DNA of 64,000 bases from Coleofasciculus chthonoplastes F2-STO-03 (GCA_040222015.1 JAVJWO010000072.1:15564-79563), one strand, 5' to 3'. Numbered from the stretch's first letter, positions 10,581-22,015 are shown. Numbers and translations: made by a program. The notes: generated by a model from the letters alone, not told the origin.

Positions 10581-11702
10581 ATGAACGGTAGTATTCGTGT
10601 TGGTAATTTATTGGGGATTCCCTTTTATGTAAATCCCTCCTGGTTTTTAGTTCTAGCTTTGGTCACCTTTGAGTTTGGGGGGTATCTCGGCGGGTTTGCC
10701 GGATTGACAGGTCTTTTACCCTGGGTGCTAGGATTCGTGGGTGCGCTGTTGCTATTTGCTTCGGTTTTAGCCCATGAATTGGGGCATAGTTTAGTCGCCA
10801 TTCGCCAGGGCATTGAGGTGAAATCGATTACCCTGTTTCTCTTTGGGGGTCTAGCCAGCTTAGAAAAGGAATCTCAAACGCCAGCCGACGCATTCTGGGT
10901 CGCGATCGCGGGTCCTTTAGTTAGTTTAGCCCTTTTTGCCCTATTTACGGGTATCGGCGTGAGCAGCGGCGTCTCTGGTCCCTTGGCAGCCATTCTCAGT
11001 TTACTGGCTTCGATCAATTTAGTCTTAGCCCTGTTCAACCTGATTCCTGGCTTACCTTTAGATGGTGGCAATATCCTCAAGTCCGTGGTTTGGAAAATCA
11101 CCGGGAATCCCTATCGAGGTGTTGTTTTTGCCAGCCGGGTTGGTCAGGTTGTAGGATGGATGGGAATCAGCATCGGTATCCTTTCTGTCTTGGGACTGAG
11201 TAATTTTGGTAGTATCTGGACGCTATTAATTGGGGTATTCCTGCTGCAAAATGCGGGTATGTCGGCGCAATCAGCCACCCTACAAGAAAAACTTCAGGAT
11301 CTCAAAGCTGAAGATGCGGTAATTCCAGAGAGTCCAATTATCTCGGCTGATCTGTCGCTGCGGGAATTTGCCAACAACTACATTATTGGCAAAAAAGAAT
11401 GGCGCAAGTTCTTGGTGACTGATGAACAGGGACAATTGATCGGTGCGATCGCGGTTGATGATCTCAAAACTGTCCCCACCTCGAACTGGACAACGACTCT
11501 AGTCAGCGAACTGATCCAGCCTGTAGATTTGGATGCGATCGTCAAATCCGATCAGTCTCTGTTAGAAGTGATTACGCTGCTGGAACAAGGCAAATTTACT
11601 CAATTGCCTGTGGTGCGCGAAAATGGAGTCCTGGTTGGACTATTGGAAAAGGCATCAATTGTTAGTCTCCTAGAGAAGCGAACTCAAACCAATCCCGCTT
11701 AA
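10581..11702 (+). CDS. site-2 protease (peptidase M50) with CBS domains
   Basis: HELGH zinc motif, FNLIPGLPLDGG, C-terminal CBS pair. Confidence 0.92.
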   Translation: MNGSIRVGNLLGIPFYVNPSWFLVLALVTFEFGGYLGGFAGLTGLLPWVLGFVGALLLFASVLAHELGHSLVAIRQGIEVKSITLFLFGGLASLEKESQTPADAFWVAIAGPLVSLALFALFTGIGVSSGVSGPLAAILSLLASINLVLALFNLIPGLPLDGGNILKSVVWKITGNPYRGVVFASRVGQVVGWMGISIGILSVLGLSNFGSIWTLLIGVFLLQNAGMSAQSATLQEKLQDLKAEDAVIPESPIISADLSLREFANNYIIGKKEWRKFLVTDEQGQLIGAIAVDDLKTVPTSNWTTTLVSELIQPVDLDAIVKSDQSLLEVITLLEQGKFTQLPVVRENGVLVGLLEKASIVSLLEKRTQTNPA

Positions 11703-11739
11703 ACCTATTGGCGTCACTGAAATTAAAGACTTAAGCTTG

Positions 11740-11764
11740 ATCCCTCGACTAAAGTTCGGGGGAT
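11740..11764 (+). terminator. hairpin, probable terminator
   Basis: ATCCCTCGAC-TAAA-GTTCGGGGGAT followed by TT. Confidence 0.5.
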
Positions 11765-12042
11765 TTATCGTAAAAGGCGACAAGGCTACAAGGCACAAGG
11801 GCAGAAGGTAGAAGGTTTATTACGGGTACGTGGCATTTGGGTTGTCAAGAAAGTCCTAACCTTTATAGCGACAGCTATATAATATTATTGGCATCGTTTC
11901 GTAAAAGAAACACCATTGGTTCTCTTGTAGGGGCGACCCGCTGGCATCAATTAATAACGGTAGTCTACTAAGTTTTTCGGGTCGCCCTCTACTCAAACCC
12001 TCGTTTTGTAAAAGGTGTATTAGGAGGTTAAAGAGTGATTCA

Positions 12043-13086
12043 GTGAAAACAAAACTTAAGCGATTAATCTTTTGGTCACGAAAGTTCTCAGTTCATTTCG
12101 TCGCTTATTTTTGGAAGTTACCCACTTGGTCTGTTGTTTTCGGCGCAACGGTTCTAGTTATCACTGTTATCTTGATAACGGATGAAACCTCTAAATTATA
12201 TAAAATCATAAATAATGTCGAAGCGATTAGTATTTTTGCGGCGGTTGTTTTATTTTTAAAAGAAACGCCGAATCGAAAGAAACAATTCTATTACCAAGCT
12301 TGGCGCACAATAGACGCTGCCCATGGACGACAAACTAGCTATGCCCGGGTTCAAGCCCTGCAAGATTTGAATGAAGAGGGGGTGAGTTTGAGAGGACTTA
12401 ATGTTCCGGGCACTAATTTACAACGGATTAATTTACCGAAAGCATTTCTCTATGAAGCTAACTTACAAGAAGCTAATTTAATTACCGCTGATCTGAGTAA
12501 CAGTCACCTGGATAAAGCGAAACTGAATAAAGCGAAACTGAATTCTGCAAAACTAACAGACGCTTGCTTGATTGCGACGGATTTGAGTGAAGCGGATCTA
12601 AGTGAAGTTAACTTGAAAGGGGCTGATTTGATTGATGCAAACCTGAACCATGCGAATCTTATTGGTGCGAATTTAAGGGGGGCTGATTTGAGTCGAGCAG
12701 ATTTGAGTCATGCTAATCTGAGTCGAACAGATTTGAGTCAAGCTGATTTTATGGATACTAACCTAAGTGATGCTGACTTGAGTGGAGCGAATCTGAGTCA
12801 TGCTGACTTTAATAATGCGGATTTGAGTGATGCGGATTTGAGTGGGGCTAATCTGAGAAATACTGATTTTACCGATGCTAATTTAAGTGGTGCTAACTTA
12901 AGCGGGGCGGATTTGAGGGGGGCGGATTTGAGTGATGCGGATTTGAGTGATGCGAATCTGAGTGATGCGAATCTGAGTCAAGTTGATCTCAGCAACGCTT
13001 ATCTTGATGGGGCTAATTTCCCCCCCACTCCCTTAAAAAAAAACGAGACTATTGTCTATAATCCAGACGCTAGAAAAAAGGTTTAA
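12043..13086 (+). CDS. membrane-anchored pentapeptide repeat protein
   Basis: N-terminal TM segments followed by a long A(D/N)LXX run. Confidence 0.9.
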   Translation: MKTKLKRLIFWSRKFSVHFVAYFWKLPTWSVVFGATVLVITVILITDETSKLYKIINNVEAISIFAAVVLFLKETPNRKKQFYYQAWRTIDAAHGRQTSYARVQALQDLNEEGVSLRGLNVPGTNLQRINLPKAFLYEANLQEANLITADLSNSHLDKAKLNKAKLNSAKLTDACLIATDLSEADLSEVNLKGADLIDANLNHANLIGANLRGADLSRADLSHANLSRTDLSQADFMDTNLSDADLSGANLSHADFNNADLSDADLSGANLRNTDFTDANLSGANLSGADLRGADLSDADLSDANLSDANLSQVDLSNAYLDGANFPPTPLKKNETIVYNPDARKKV

Positions 13087-13251
13087 AACGGGTAAATTCA
13101 AATAAAAATGTAGGGGCACGGCATTGCCGTGCCCAGGTAGCTCTACCCCACCCTAACCCTCCCCTGATCAAGGGGAGGGAACATAAGGGGGGTTATTAAG
13201 ATTTGTTTGTGGCATCACTCTTGTTTGTTCCCAGATCCGAGAAGGGAATGC

Positions 13252-13878
13252 CTATCTTGAGACTTTGCCTCCCTTTTCGAGCGATCGCAGCAATCGAATC
13301 AAACTTATTCCAGTTAACCCTGCAACTAACATCCACGTTACCCCTAAACCCAGAACTTCGCTGAGAAACATCTGGGTAAAGCGGCGCAAAAGTCCACCGA
13401 CAATCCAACCTACGGCTAAACTAATTGACCAGTATAGACTATTGGCAAAAATCCATCCCCAAGCTTTGCTAACATACTGTCTCAGAACCCACCATTGCGC
13501 CATTCCCAGGATTAGCCCCAAGGTTGCGCCATCGACGACTCCATAAACCAACCGAGGGAAAAGACGCATCGTTCGGGGAGCAAACCAACCGATGACTCCA
13601 AAGGAACTCAACCCCATGACTCCCCAACCGAGGAAACTTACAATAATCCACCACCAGGCGGCGGAAAGGTGTCGTCTCAAGACTAGCCATTGGGCGAATC
13701 CGATTATCGTCCCACCGATGATTCCCTCAATTATACCGATATCCGGTCTTTCTCCGATCTCAATCCAAAATAGACTTGCCACAAAACCTAATAGTGTCAC
13801 CAATAGCCACTGTAAACAGAAGCTACCGCTAGTTTCGATGGGTTTGATTGGGGATTGATAGTTGATGGTTACAGGCAC
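13252..13878 (-). CDS. multi-pass membrane protein, hypothetical
   Basis: repeated G.AQW.VLR..W.WI motif, about 6 TM helices. Confidence 0.75.
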   Translation of the reverse strand: MPVTINYQSPIKPIETSGSFCLQWLLVTLLGFVASLFWIEIGERPDIGIIEGIIGGTIIGFAQWLVLRRHLSAAWWWIIVSFLGWGVMGLSSFGVIGWFAPRTMRLFPRLVYGVVDGATLGLILGMAQWWVLRQYVSKAWGWIFANSLYWSISLAVGWIVGGLLRRFTQMFLSEVLGLGVTWMLVAGLTGISLIRLLRSLEKGGKVSR

Positions 13879-14084
13879 GCTGATTCTAGAACTTAAGAAT
13901 AGTTTAATCGATAATTTGCCAAATTTAACGGAATAAATTTTAACCCGCCTGGGTAATTGAGAGGGGAGATTTTGTTGTCCGGTTTAGCGTGCGATCGCGC
14001 TCGAATTATTCGGTTAATTTTATGATCGAATTTGGCGTTAATCTATCCATCTCAGGAATTACGAAAGCCTCTATCTGTCTGTAG

Positions 14085-14187
14085 TGGGCTGACCCACCTA
14101 AAATGGTGAATTAGAATTGTAGGGGCGCACGGCGTGCGCCCATTCTAATAGTAAAATCTATTGCACAATTTTAGCTGGGTCACGCCG
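14085..14187. mobile_element. MITE-like element (TGG..TG.C.CA.CTAA ends) with an internal family A REP
   Basis: homologous to 22020-22167, 22172-22275 and 56531-56896. Confidence 0.7.
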
Positions 14188-14323
14188 CCATCGTGCGTTA
14201 CGCTTCGCTCTCCCCACCCTTCTCTCTATAGATGGTGTAGCTGCGTAAGTCCCCAAGCATTGCCAATTGAAGTGAAGATTGAGTATAATCAGGCAATTGC
14301 TCAGAAAAATCGGAGCAGTTTCC

Positions 14324-17300
14324 ATGTTTAAGTGGTGCCGGATTCCATTTCCCTCCTGGTTTTGGCTGATTATCGCCCTCGTAGACGGGCAAGCTCATCC
14401 CCTCAACGCCCAATCGATAACAGCCGAACCGGATGGCATGGGTACAATTGTCACGATTGATGGAGAGCAGTTTAACATTTCAGGTGGCTCTTTATCCGGG
14501 GATGGCAGCAATCTATTCCACAGTTTCGATGATTTTGGGCTAGATGCCAATCAAGTGGCGAACTTTTTGTCCAATCCCCAAATTCAGAACATTTTAGGGC
14601 GCGTGGTTGGCGGAAATGCTTCCATTATCAATGGGTTAATTCAGGTGACTGGCGGCAACTCTAATCTTTATTTAATCAACCCATCGGGGTTTATTTTTGG
14701 CGAGAATGCCAGTCTGAATGTACCGGGAAGTTTTACCGCAACGACAGCCAATGGGATTGGGTTTGATAGCGGCTGGTTTAATGCGGTGGGGGATAGTAAC
14801 TATCAGGTGTTAACAGGTTCTCCCAATCAGTTTACCTTTGGTACACAGCTAGGGGCGATTATTAATGCCGGGGATTTAGCCGTAACCGAGGGGCAGAATT
14901 TAACTTTACTGGGAAGTACAGTAGTGAATACCGGAGCAATCACTGCACCAGGAGGAAATATTACCATTGCGGCTGTTCCGGGGGAGAATTTAGTCCGGAT
15001 TAGTCAACCGGGAAACCTGTTGAGTTTGGAAATTGCACCGATTGAGGATAGTACGGGACAACTGTTACCGGTGAGTCCCTTGGATTTAGCCGCATTGCTG
15101 ACAGGAGATGGCAGCGAAACTGTGGAAACCGGGTTGAGTGTTACCTCAAATCAACAGGTGCAGTTAGCTGAATCTGAGGTGGAGATACCGACTGATAGGG
15201 GAGTGGTTGTGGCATCGGGTAGTCTGGATGCATCCGGTGAAATGGGTGGTACGGTTAATGTGTTGGGTGAGACAGTTAGTTTAATTGATGCCGATATTAA
15301 TGCATCTGGGGTCAATGGCGGTGGCGTAATTCGTATTGGTGGCGATGAGCAGGGTCAGGGACTTGTCCCTAATGCTCAGTTTACTATTGTTGATGCCAAT
15401 ACGATAATTAATGCCAATGCCTTGACTCAAGGCAATGGGGGTAGAGTCATTGTTTGGGCAGATCATACTACAGATTTTTCTGGCACAATTACCGCACGGG
15501 GCGGCAATTTAGGGGGTGATGGCGGGTTTGCCGAAGTGTCGGGTGCAAATACGTTGCAGTATCAGGGGTTAACTGATTTAATTGCCCCGAATGGAACGAC
15601 GGGGAATTTATTATTAGACCCCGCTACTTGGGTGATTGCTAATTCTGGGGGAGATATCACACCAGCCGACGTGGTAACTGCTCTGATGACGGCAAATGTG
15701 ACTTATGATGCGACTGATTTTCTCACGGTTAGTGATGGGATTGATTCCAGTAGTGGTAACAATTTAACCCTGGATGCGCCGACGATTAATTTGGATGCGT
15801 CGATTAGTTTGACGGGTCAACTGATGGGGACAGCCAACACTGTGAATGTGGGTACGGGTGGCTGGGTACAAAATGGGGTGGATGTCGCAGTAGATGGGGC
15901 AACAGTGAATCTGGCTGCGGGAGAGTTTATTGATCCCACCACAATAGAGATTAACAAATCCCTAACGTTGATGGGTGCAGGGGCTGAGAATACAACGGTA
16001 AGTGGTGATAATACCCGTCAGGTGTTGAATATCTCTGGTGGGGATGTGACGTTAGATGGCTTAACTATTGCCAATGGAAATAATGCTGAGTTTGGTGCAG
16101 GCGTTTACTACAACGGTACAGGTACGCTGACGATAACTAATGCTACCTTCTCTGGCAATAGTGCGATCGGTGGTGATGGTGGTGATGGCATCGACAGTGG
16201 TGGCGGCGGTGGTGGCGGTGCCGGACTTGGAGGGGGTATCTTTTTCGACGGTGGTGGTACAGTTACGGTTAGCAACTCCACGTTTATTGGTAATCAAGCC
16301 ATGGGCGGGAATGGCGGTAATGGCGACGGTAATTTCGGCGGGAATGGCAACGGCGGTATGGGCGGCGGTTCCTTTGGCGGTATGGGCGGGAATGGGGGTA
16401 ATGGGGGTAATGGGGAATTCGGTGGCGGTGGTGGCGGCGGTAGCGGCAGCGGCGGGCAGAGTTTGGGCATCTCACTTAACAACGGTGGCGGATTCGGTGG
16501 TGGCAGTGGTGGCGGTTTATACGCCAGTTTGCAGAATAGTCCCAGTGGTCCCGTTACCTTTTTAGGCAGCGGCAACAGCGGCGGCAAAGGCGGATTTGGC
16601 GGCGGCGGTGGCGGATTTGGCGGCGGATTTGGCGAGTTGTTGGGCGGCGGCGAAGGCGGTAGTGGTGGCGGTGGCGGCGGCGGTATGGGCGGCGCAATTT
16701 TTGTCAACTCTGGCTCAATTTCAGTAAGAGACAGCACTTTCACTAACAACAACGCTACGGAGGGTAAAGGTGGTACAGGTGATTTTGATAATAGTAAAAA
16801 CGGTCAAGGATTCGGTGGTGCAATTTTTATCAATACAGGAAATGCCGAACTGACCAATAGTACGATGAGCGACAACAGCGCCACTGACAATGGTGGTGGC
16901 ATTTATAGCCGGAATGCCACAGTTAATCTCAGAAACACGACGATTGAAAATCCTGGCAGTAGCGCGTTGCATGGTGGGACAGAAGAGCTTACCTTAACAG
17001 GAGATGAACTAGACATCACGGGTAGAATTTCTGGCAGCGGCAATCTAATCATTGAACCGGAAACCTTAAGCCAAAGTATTCAAATTGGGGGCACGGATAG
17101 CGGTGATACGACTATTTTGGATTTGAGTCAGACAAAATTGAATCAAATTCAAGGAAGTTTTAACTTGATTACCATCGGACGTACTGACAGTACAGGCACA
17201 GTTACCATCAAGGATGACGCCAGCTTCAATAATTCCGTGAATATAGCCGGCGGGTCAACCTTGGTAGGCCCCAATCAAGAGACCATCTGGAACCTCACGG

Positions 17301-20300
17301 ATACGAATCAAGGAAACCTGAATTCTATTTTTCCCAATGAATTAACCTTCAGTAATATTGAAAACTTAATCGGTGGCACAGCCAATGATACCTTTGTCTT
17401 TAGTAGCGGTGTCAGATTCAATGGCAATTTAGATGGTGATGCCGGAAACCTGAGTCTCAGAGGCGATGAAATTGATGTCACAGGGACAATTTCTGGTAGT
17501 GGTAATCTAATTATTGAACCGGAAACCGCCAGCCAAGGGATTCAAGTTGGTGGCACAGATAGCGGCAGTACCACGATTCTCGATTTAACCGAGACAAAAT
17601 TGAATCAAATTCAACCCGGTTTTAGCACGATTACTATCGGGCGTACTGACGGCACAGGTACAGTTACACTCAAGGATGGCGTCACCATTAATCTTCCCGT
17701 GAATATAGCCGGTGGGTCAACGTTAGTCGGTCAAAATCAAGACACCACCTGGAACATCACGGATGCGAATCAAGGAAACCTAAATTCTATCTTTGCTAAT
17801 GGATTAAGCTTCAGCAATATAGAAAACTTAATCGGTGGCACAGCCAATGATACCTTTATCTTTAGTAACGGTGTCAGATTCAGTGGCAATGTGGATGGGG
17901 GTGCGGGAAACCTGAGTCTCAGAGGCGATGAAATTGATGTCACGGGGACAATTTCTGGCAGTGGAACTCTCACCATTGAACCGGAAACCGTCAGCCAAGA
18001 GATTCAAATTGGTGGCACAGATAGCGGCAGTACCACGACTCTCGATTTAACCGAGACAAAACTCAGCCAACTTCAAGGGAATTTTAGCACAATTACCATC
18101 GGCTCTCCTGATGGCACAGGCACGGTTACACTCAAGGATGGCGTTAACTTTAATGCTCCCGTAACTCTAGCTGGTGGCTCAACATTGGTCGGCCAAAATC
18201 AAGACACCACCTGGAACATCACGGATACAAATCAAGGAAACCTAAATAATTCTACCTTGACCAATGGCTTAAGCTTCAGCAACATTGAAAACTTAATCGG
18301 TGGTACAGCCAACGATACCTTTACCTTTAGTAACGGTGCGACATTAACCGGAACAATTAATGACAGTGGTGGTACGAGTCTTCTCGACTACTCCAATACC
18401 TCCACCCCCCTGAGTGTAAACATAACGGGCATCGACCAATTTACGATTAATAACACCCTGACTGTCAATCAAGTCAGCAACATTGTGGGGAGTCGTGCCG
18501 ATGATACTATTTTATTCAGTAACGGTGCCCAGTTCAGTGGCAATTTAGATGGGGGTGCAGGAAATCTGAGTCTCAGAGGCGATGAAATTGATGTCACAGG
18601 GACAATTTCTGGCAGTGGGAATCTACTCATTGAACCAGAAACCGCCAGCCAAAGCATTCAAATTGGTGGCAGCAATAGCACGACTTCTCTAGATTTAACC
18701 GCGACAAAACTCAGCCAAATCCAACCCGGATTTAGTGCGATTACCATTGGTAGAACTGATGGCAGTGGTGTGATTTATCTCGGCGGAAATACCGAGTTTA
18801 ACCGTCCTGTTATCCTACAATCTCTGGGCGAGGGCGGTACAATTAACACCACAGGCGGTACACTCACTAATCCAAATGGCAATATTACCCTAGACGCCAA
18901 TCAAACCATCACTACAGCAAATATTACTGCACCCGGTCAACAAATTAGCCTCACCAGTGAAAATGGCAGTATTGATACTAGCGTCGGTATTCTCAATGGC
19001 AGCAATATTACCCTCAACGCCAACCAAGGCATTACCACCGCCGATATCACCGCATCGGAATCCATTAACCTCACCAGCGACAATGGCACCATTAATACCA
19101 ACTCTGGCATCCTCAATGGCAGCAATATTACCCTAAACGCCAATCAAGATATCACCACCGCCGATATCACCGCATCGGAATCCATTAACCTCACCAGTGA
19201 CGATGGCGAGATTAATACCAGCACGGGCACCCTCAATGGCAGCACTATTACCCTAAATGCTAATCAAGATATTACCACCGCAAATATTACCGCATCCGAT
19301 TCAATTAACCTCACCAGCGATAATGGCAATATTAATACTAGCGCGGGCATCCTGGATACCAGCAGTACCACCGGAAATGGTGGCAACCTAACTCTCAGAA
19401 GTCCCAACGGAGAAATCACCACCGATGATATTAATACAAATGGCGCCACAGATGGCGGAGATATCACCATTGAAGCCCAAATTCAAATCACCACAGGCGC
19501 AATTAACTCCCAAGGTGAGACAGGCAAAGGCGGAAATGTTACCCTTGATCCCGAAGGGGATATCCAAGTCACCTCAATTAACGCCGAAGGTGGCACCACT
19601 GGCGGTGACGTAGACATTACCACCGAAAGCTATTTCCGCGCCACCGAAAGCTTCAGCGCCGCCAATGGCACAGCCGCCAGCATTTCCACCATGGGTGGAG
19701 AAGAAGGCGGAGATATCATCATCCGTCATGGCGGATTTTTGGATAAAACCCCCTTCGATATCGGCAACGCCACCACCAACGGTACAATCGCCGCCATCAC
19801 CAGTGGCGAGTTTACCCTGACTCCCTTGCAATCCTTCTCCTTCACTCATATCGAAGGAAACATTCAAATTCTGACAGGCTTAAATTCCCTCTCCGCTGAT
19901 ATCATTCAAAGCCTCGGTTTAGGCGAGAATATCAGTATCAACGATGGCACCATGGCTGACGCCCTGAACACCGGATACACCTCCGCCCCCTCCCTGAAAA
20001 TTATTGGTGCTGTCGATAGTAATACCAGTGGTAACGCTAGTGGGAATACCAGTGGTAACGCTAGTGGGAATACCAGTAATACTGACAATGCCAGCAATAG
20101 TACCACCCGTTATATTGAATCCCTCGAACAACTGCGACTCAAAGAATTTGCTGATTATTTTGGTGAAGACTTCTCCCAATACTCGATTTCGCTCAATAGC
20201 ATCCAAGATATCTTAAGGCAAATTCAACAACAAACTGGCAACCGTAGTGCAGTTATCTACGGAGTTGCCCAACCGGATAAATTAACCTTGGTTCTCTTCA

Positions 20301-21316
20301 CCGCCGACGTTGAACCCATCACCGTTAATGTCTTAGTTCCCCACGCAGAACTCCAAAAAGCCACTCAGCAACTGCGTGTCGCTTTAACTGATAGTTTCCG
20401 TCGTCAAGGAACCGGCTATTTACAACCCGCCCAAAACCTGTATAACTGGTTAATTAAACCCATCGCCAATGAATTAGCCGACGCCAATATTGATACCTTA
20501 CTCTTCTCCCTGGATGGAGGCTTACGCACTGTACCTTTGGCAGCACTTCATGACGGGGAAAACTTCCTAATTGAAACCTATAGCCTGAGTCTAATTCCCA
20601 CATTCAGTCTGATGAATACCGACTACCAACCCATCCCAGACGCCAAAATCTTGGCAATGGGGGCATCAGAGTTTGAGGAATTAAATCCCTTACCTGCTGT
20701 ACCTGTAGAATTATCCACAATTACCCAACAAATGGGGACAGGTGAAGTGTTTCTCAATCAAGAGTTCACCAAACAGAACTTAATTCAACAACGCCAGGTT
20801 ACTCCCTATCAAATTATCCACCTAGGAACTCATGGAAACTTTAACGAGGGAGACGCGAGTCATTCTTATGTGCAACTGTGGGACGATAAGTTGGATTTAA
20901 CCGAAATGCGACAGTTAAATTGGGATAATCCGCCGGTGGAGTTATTAGTCTTGTCGGCTTGTCGCACGGCTATCGGTAGCAAAGATGCCGAGTTAGGATT
21001 TGCTGGATTAGCGGTGGCGTCTGGGGTAAAAACGGCATTGGGGAGTATTTGGCAGGTGAGTGATGGGGGAACATTGGTATTAATGAGTGAGTTTTATACT
21101 CATTTGGGTGAAACTCAGATTAAAGCAGAGGCACTCAGACAGGCACAATTATCGATGCTGCGGGGAGATGTGGTGATTGAAGGGGGACAATTGCGAGGTG
21201 AGGGGGTACCGGATAATCTGATGTTACCGCCGGAGTTAGCGGAAACGTTAGACAAGGTTGATTTATCTAATCCCTACTATTGGTCAGCGTTTACCTTAAT
21301 TGGCAGTCCCTGGTAA
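14324..21316 (+). CDS. giant filamentous-haemagglutinin N-terminal (TPS) domain protein with C-terminal CHAT (caspase-like) domain
   Basis: NLFHSF..NPSG TPS motif, Gly-rich stretch, internal repeats, CHAT IIHLGTHG and VLSACRT, PYYWSAF..GSPW end; ATG at 14324 with GGAG upstream (the ORF track starts at 14279). Confidence 0.92.
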   Translation: MFKWCRIPFPSWFWLIIALVDGQAHPLNAQSITAEPDGMGTIVTIDGEQFNISGGSLSGDGSNLFHSFDDFGLDANQVANFLSNPQIQNILGRVVGGNASIINGLIQVTGGNSNLYLINPSGFIFGENASLNVPGSFTATTANGIGFDSGWFNAVGDSNYQVLTGSPNQFTFGTQLGAIINAGDLAVTEGQNLTLLGSTVVNTGAITAPGGNITIAAVPGENLVRISQPGNLLSLEIAPIEDSTGQLLPVSPLDLAALLTGDGSETVETGLSVTSNQQVQLAESEVEIPTDRGVVVASGSLDASGEMGGTVNVLGETVSLIDADINASGVNGGGVIRIGGDEQGQGLVPNAQFTIVDANTIINANALTQGNGGRVIVWADHTTDFSGTITARGGNLGGDGGFAEVSGANTLQYQGLTDLIAPNGTTGNLLLDPATWVIANSGGDITPADVVTALMTANVTYDATDFLTVSDGIDSSSGNNLTLDAPTINLDASISLTGQLMGTANTVNVGTGGWVQNGVDVAVDGATVNLAAGEFIDPTTIEINKSLTLMGAGAENTTVSGDNTRQVLNISGGDVTLDGLTIANGNNAEFGAGVYYNGTGTLTITNATFSGNSAIGGDGGDGIDSGGGGGGGAGLGGGIFFDGGGTVTVSNSTFIGNQAMGGNGGNGDGNFGGNGNGGMGGGSFGGMGGNGGNGGNGEFGGGGGGGSGSGGQSLGISLNNGGGFGGGSGGGLYASLQNSPSGPVTFLGSGNSGGKGGFGGGGGGFGGGFGELLGGGEGGSGGGGGGGMGGAIFVNSGSISVRDSTFTNNNATEGKGGTGDFDNSKNGQGFGGAIFINTGNAELTNSTMSDNSATDNGGGIYSRNATVNLRNTTIENPGSSALHGGTEELTLTGDELDITGRISGSGNLIIEPETLSQSIQIGGTDSGDTTILDLSQTKLNQIQGSFNLITIGRTDSTGTVTIKDDASFNNSVNIAGGSTLVGPNQETIWNLTDTNQGNLNSIFPNELTFSNIENLIGGTANDTFVFSSGVRFNGNLDGDAGNLSLRGDEIDVTGTISGSGNLIIEPETASQGIQVGGTDSGSTTILDLTETKLNQIQPGFSTITIGRTDGTGTVTLKDGVTINLPVNIAGGSTLVGQNQDTTWNITDANQGNLNSIFANGLSFSNIENLIGGTANDTFIFSNGVRFSGNVDGGAGNLSLRGDEIDVTGTISGSGTLTIEPETVSQEIQIGGTDSGSTTTLDLTETKLSQLQGNFSTITIGSPDGTGTVTLKDGVNFNAPVTLAGGSTLVGQNQDTTWNITDTNQGNLNNSTLTNGLSFSNIENLIGGTANDTFTFSNGATLTGTINDSGGTSLLDYSNTSTPLSVNITGIDQFTINNTLTVNQVSNIVGSRADDTILFSNGAQFSGNLDGGAGNLSLRGDEIDVTGTISGSGNLLIEPETASQSIQIGGSNSTTSLDLTATKLSQIQPGFSAITIGRTDGSGVIYLGGNTEFNRPVILQSLGEGGTINTTGGTLTNPNGNITLDANQTITTANITAPGQQISLTSENGSIDTSVGILNGSNITLNANQGITTADITASESINLTSDNGTINTNSGILNGSNITLNANQDITTADITASESINLTSDDGEINTSTGTLNGSTITLNANQDITTANITASDSINLTSDNGNINTSAGILDTSSTTGNGGNLTLRSPNGEITTDDINTNGATDGGDITIEAQIQITTGAINSQGETGKGGNVTLDPEGDIQVTSINAEGGTTGGDVDITTESYFRATESFSAANGTAASISTMGGEEGGDIIIRHGGFLDKTPFDIGNATTNGTIAAITSGEFTLTPLQSFSFTHIEGNIQILTGLNSLSADIIQSLGLGENISINDGTMADALNTGYTSAPSLKIIGAVDSNTSGNASGNTSGNASGNTSNTDNASNSTTRYIESLEQLRLKEFADYFGEDFSQYSISLNSIQDILRQIQQQTGNRSAVIYGVAQPDKLTLVLFTADVEPITVNVLVPHAELQKATQQLRVALTDSFRRQGTGYLQPAQNLYNWLIKPIANELADANIDTLLFSLDGGLRTVPLAALHDGENFLIETYSLSLIPTFSLMNTDYQPIPDAKILAMGASEFEELNPLPAVPVELSTITQQMGTGEVFLNQEFTKQNLIQQRQVTPYQIIHLGTHGNFNEGDASHSYVQLWDDKLDLTEMRQLNWDNPPVELLVLSACRTAIGSKDAELGFAGLAVASGVKTALGSIWQVSDGGTLVLMSEFYTHLGETQIKAEALRQAQLSMLRGDVVIEGGQLRGEGVPDNLMLPPELAETLDKVDLSNPYYWSAFTLIGSPW
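16988..18780 (+). repeat. intragenic ~462 bp (154 aa) repeats, about 3.5 copies
   Basis: L(S/T)L.GDE(I/L)D(V/I)TG.ISGSG starts at 16988, 17450, 17912 and 18566. Confidence 0.85.
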
Positions 21317-21409
21317 TTTGTAAAGCTTTTGTGTAAATAACTCAGAGTTTTGAAAATTTTCTATTATCATGGACTTAAGCGTATTGATGAAGTTTTGTAT
21401 ATCTACAGG

Positions 21410-21943
21410 ATGAATAGATTAAAATCTTTTAAGTGCTTGAGTCTAGTGACCGGAGTATTCACGACAATCGGGGTAATGGGAATCGGCTGGCAACCCCCGC
21501 TACAAGCCCAGCCGGATGCAGAAAGCGTAAACACATTGACCGCCCAGGTTCCATCGCGCGATCGCGGCGCTGGCTTGCGCGGTGATGGATGCGGCGAAGC
21601 CACGATTACTCCCTTGATGTCCACCAAAGAACCCGGAGTCTATATAGCCAAACTGAACTCGCCAGTAACACTCTCCTGGCAAATACCGGAAACCAAGGTT
21701 ACCACTGCCGAATTTCTCCTGGTTGATCAGAGTTGGAATCCCGTGTATCAAACAATGATTGAGGTTCCCGAAACAGGGGGTGAGATGACAATCAATCTCC
21801 CTGATGACCTGTCTATAGAAACGCAAACAGATTATTACTGGCAGTTTGCCTTAGTCTGTGATGCCAATGATCGCACCAAAGATAATGCGATCCAAGGGGC
21901 ACTACAGTTTACCACCCCAGAGACGTCCACGTCCCAAAACTAA
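21410..21943 (+). CDS. DUF928 domain-containing secreted protein
   Basis: signal peptide, GAGLRG..C, YYWQFALVCDANDR; typical neighbour of CHAT genes. Confidence 0.8.
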   Translation: MNRLKSFKCLSLVTGVFTTIGVMGIGWQPPLQAQPDAESVNTLTAQVPSRDRGAGLRGDGCGEATITPLMSTKEPGVYIAKLNSPVTLSWQIPETKVTTAEFLLVDQSWNPVYQTMIEVPETGGEMTINLPDDLSIETQTDYYWQFALVCDANDRTKDNAIQGALQFTTPETSTSQN

Positions 21944-21955
21944 GCAGGTAGGGGC

Positions 21956-21981
21956 TGTAGAGACGTTCCGGTGGAACGTCT
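21956..21981 (+). repeat. GTAG-footed REP-like palindrome, family B (GTAGAGACG..CGTCT)
   Basis: related copies at 24553-24582, 25051-25079, 26847-26876 and 44583-44610. Confidence 0.8.
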
Positions 21982-22015
21982 GGCAGCAATGGTACATTAG
22001 TTTATTTCCACCAAC

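Noticed and set aside
16294..16752. Pro-rich minus-strand ORF and the many other short overlapping ORFs
   Set aside because: They are antisense or alternate-frame shadows of well-supported genes (here, the Gly-rich tract).
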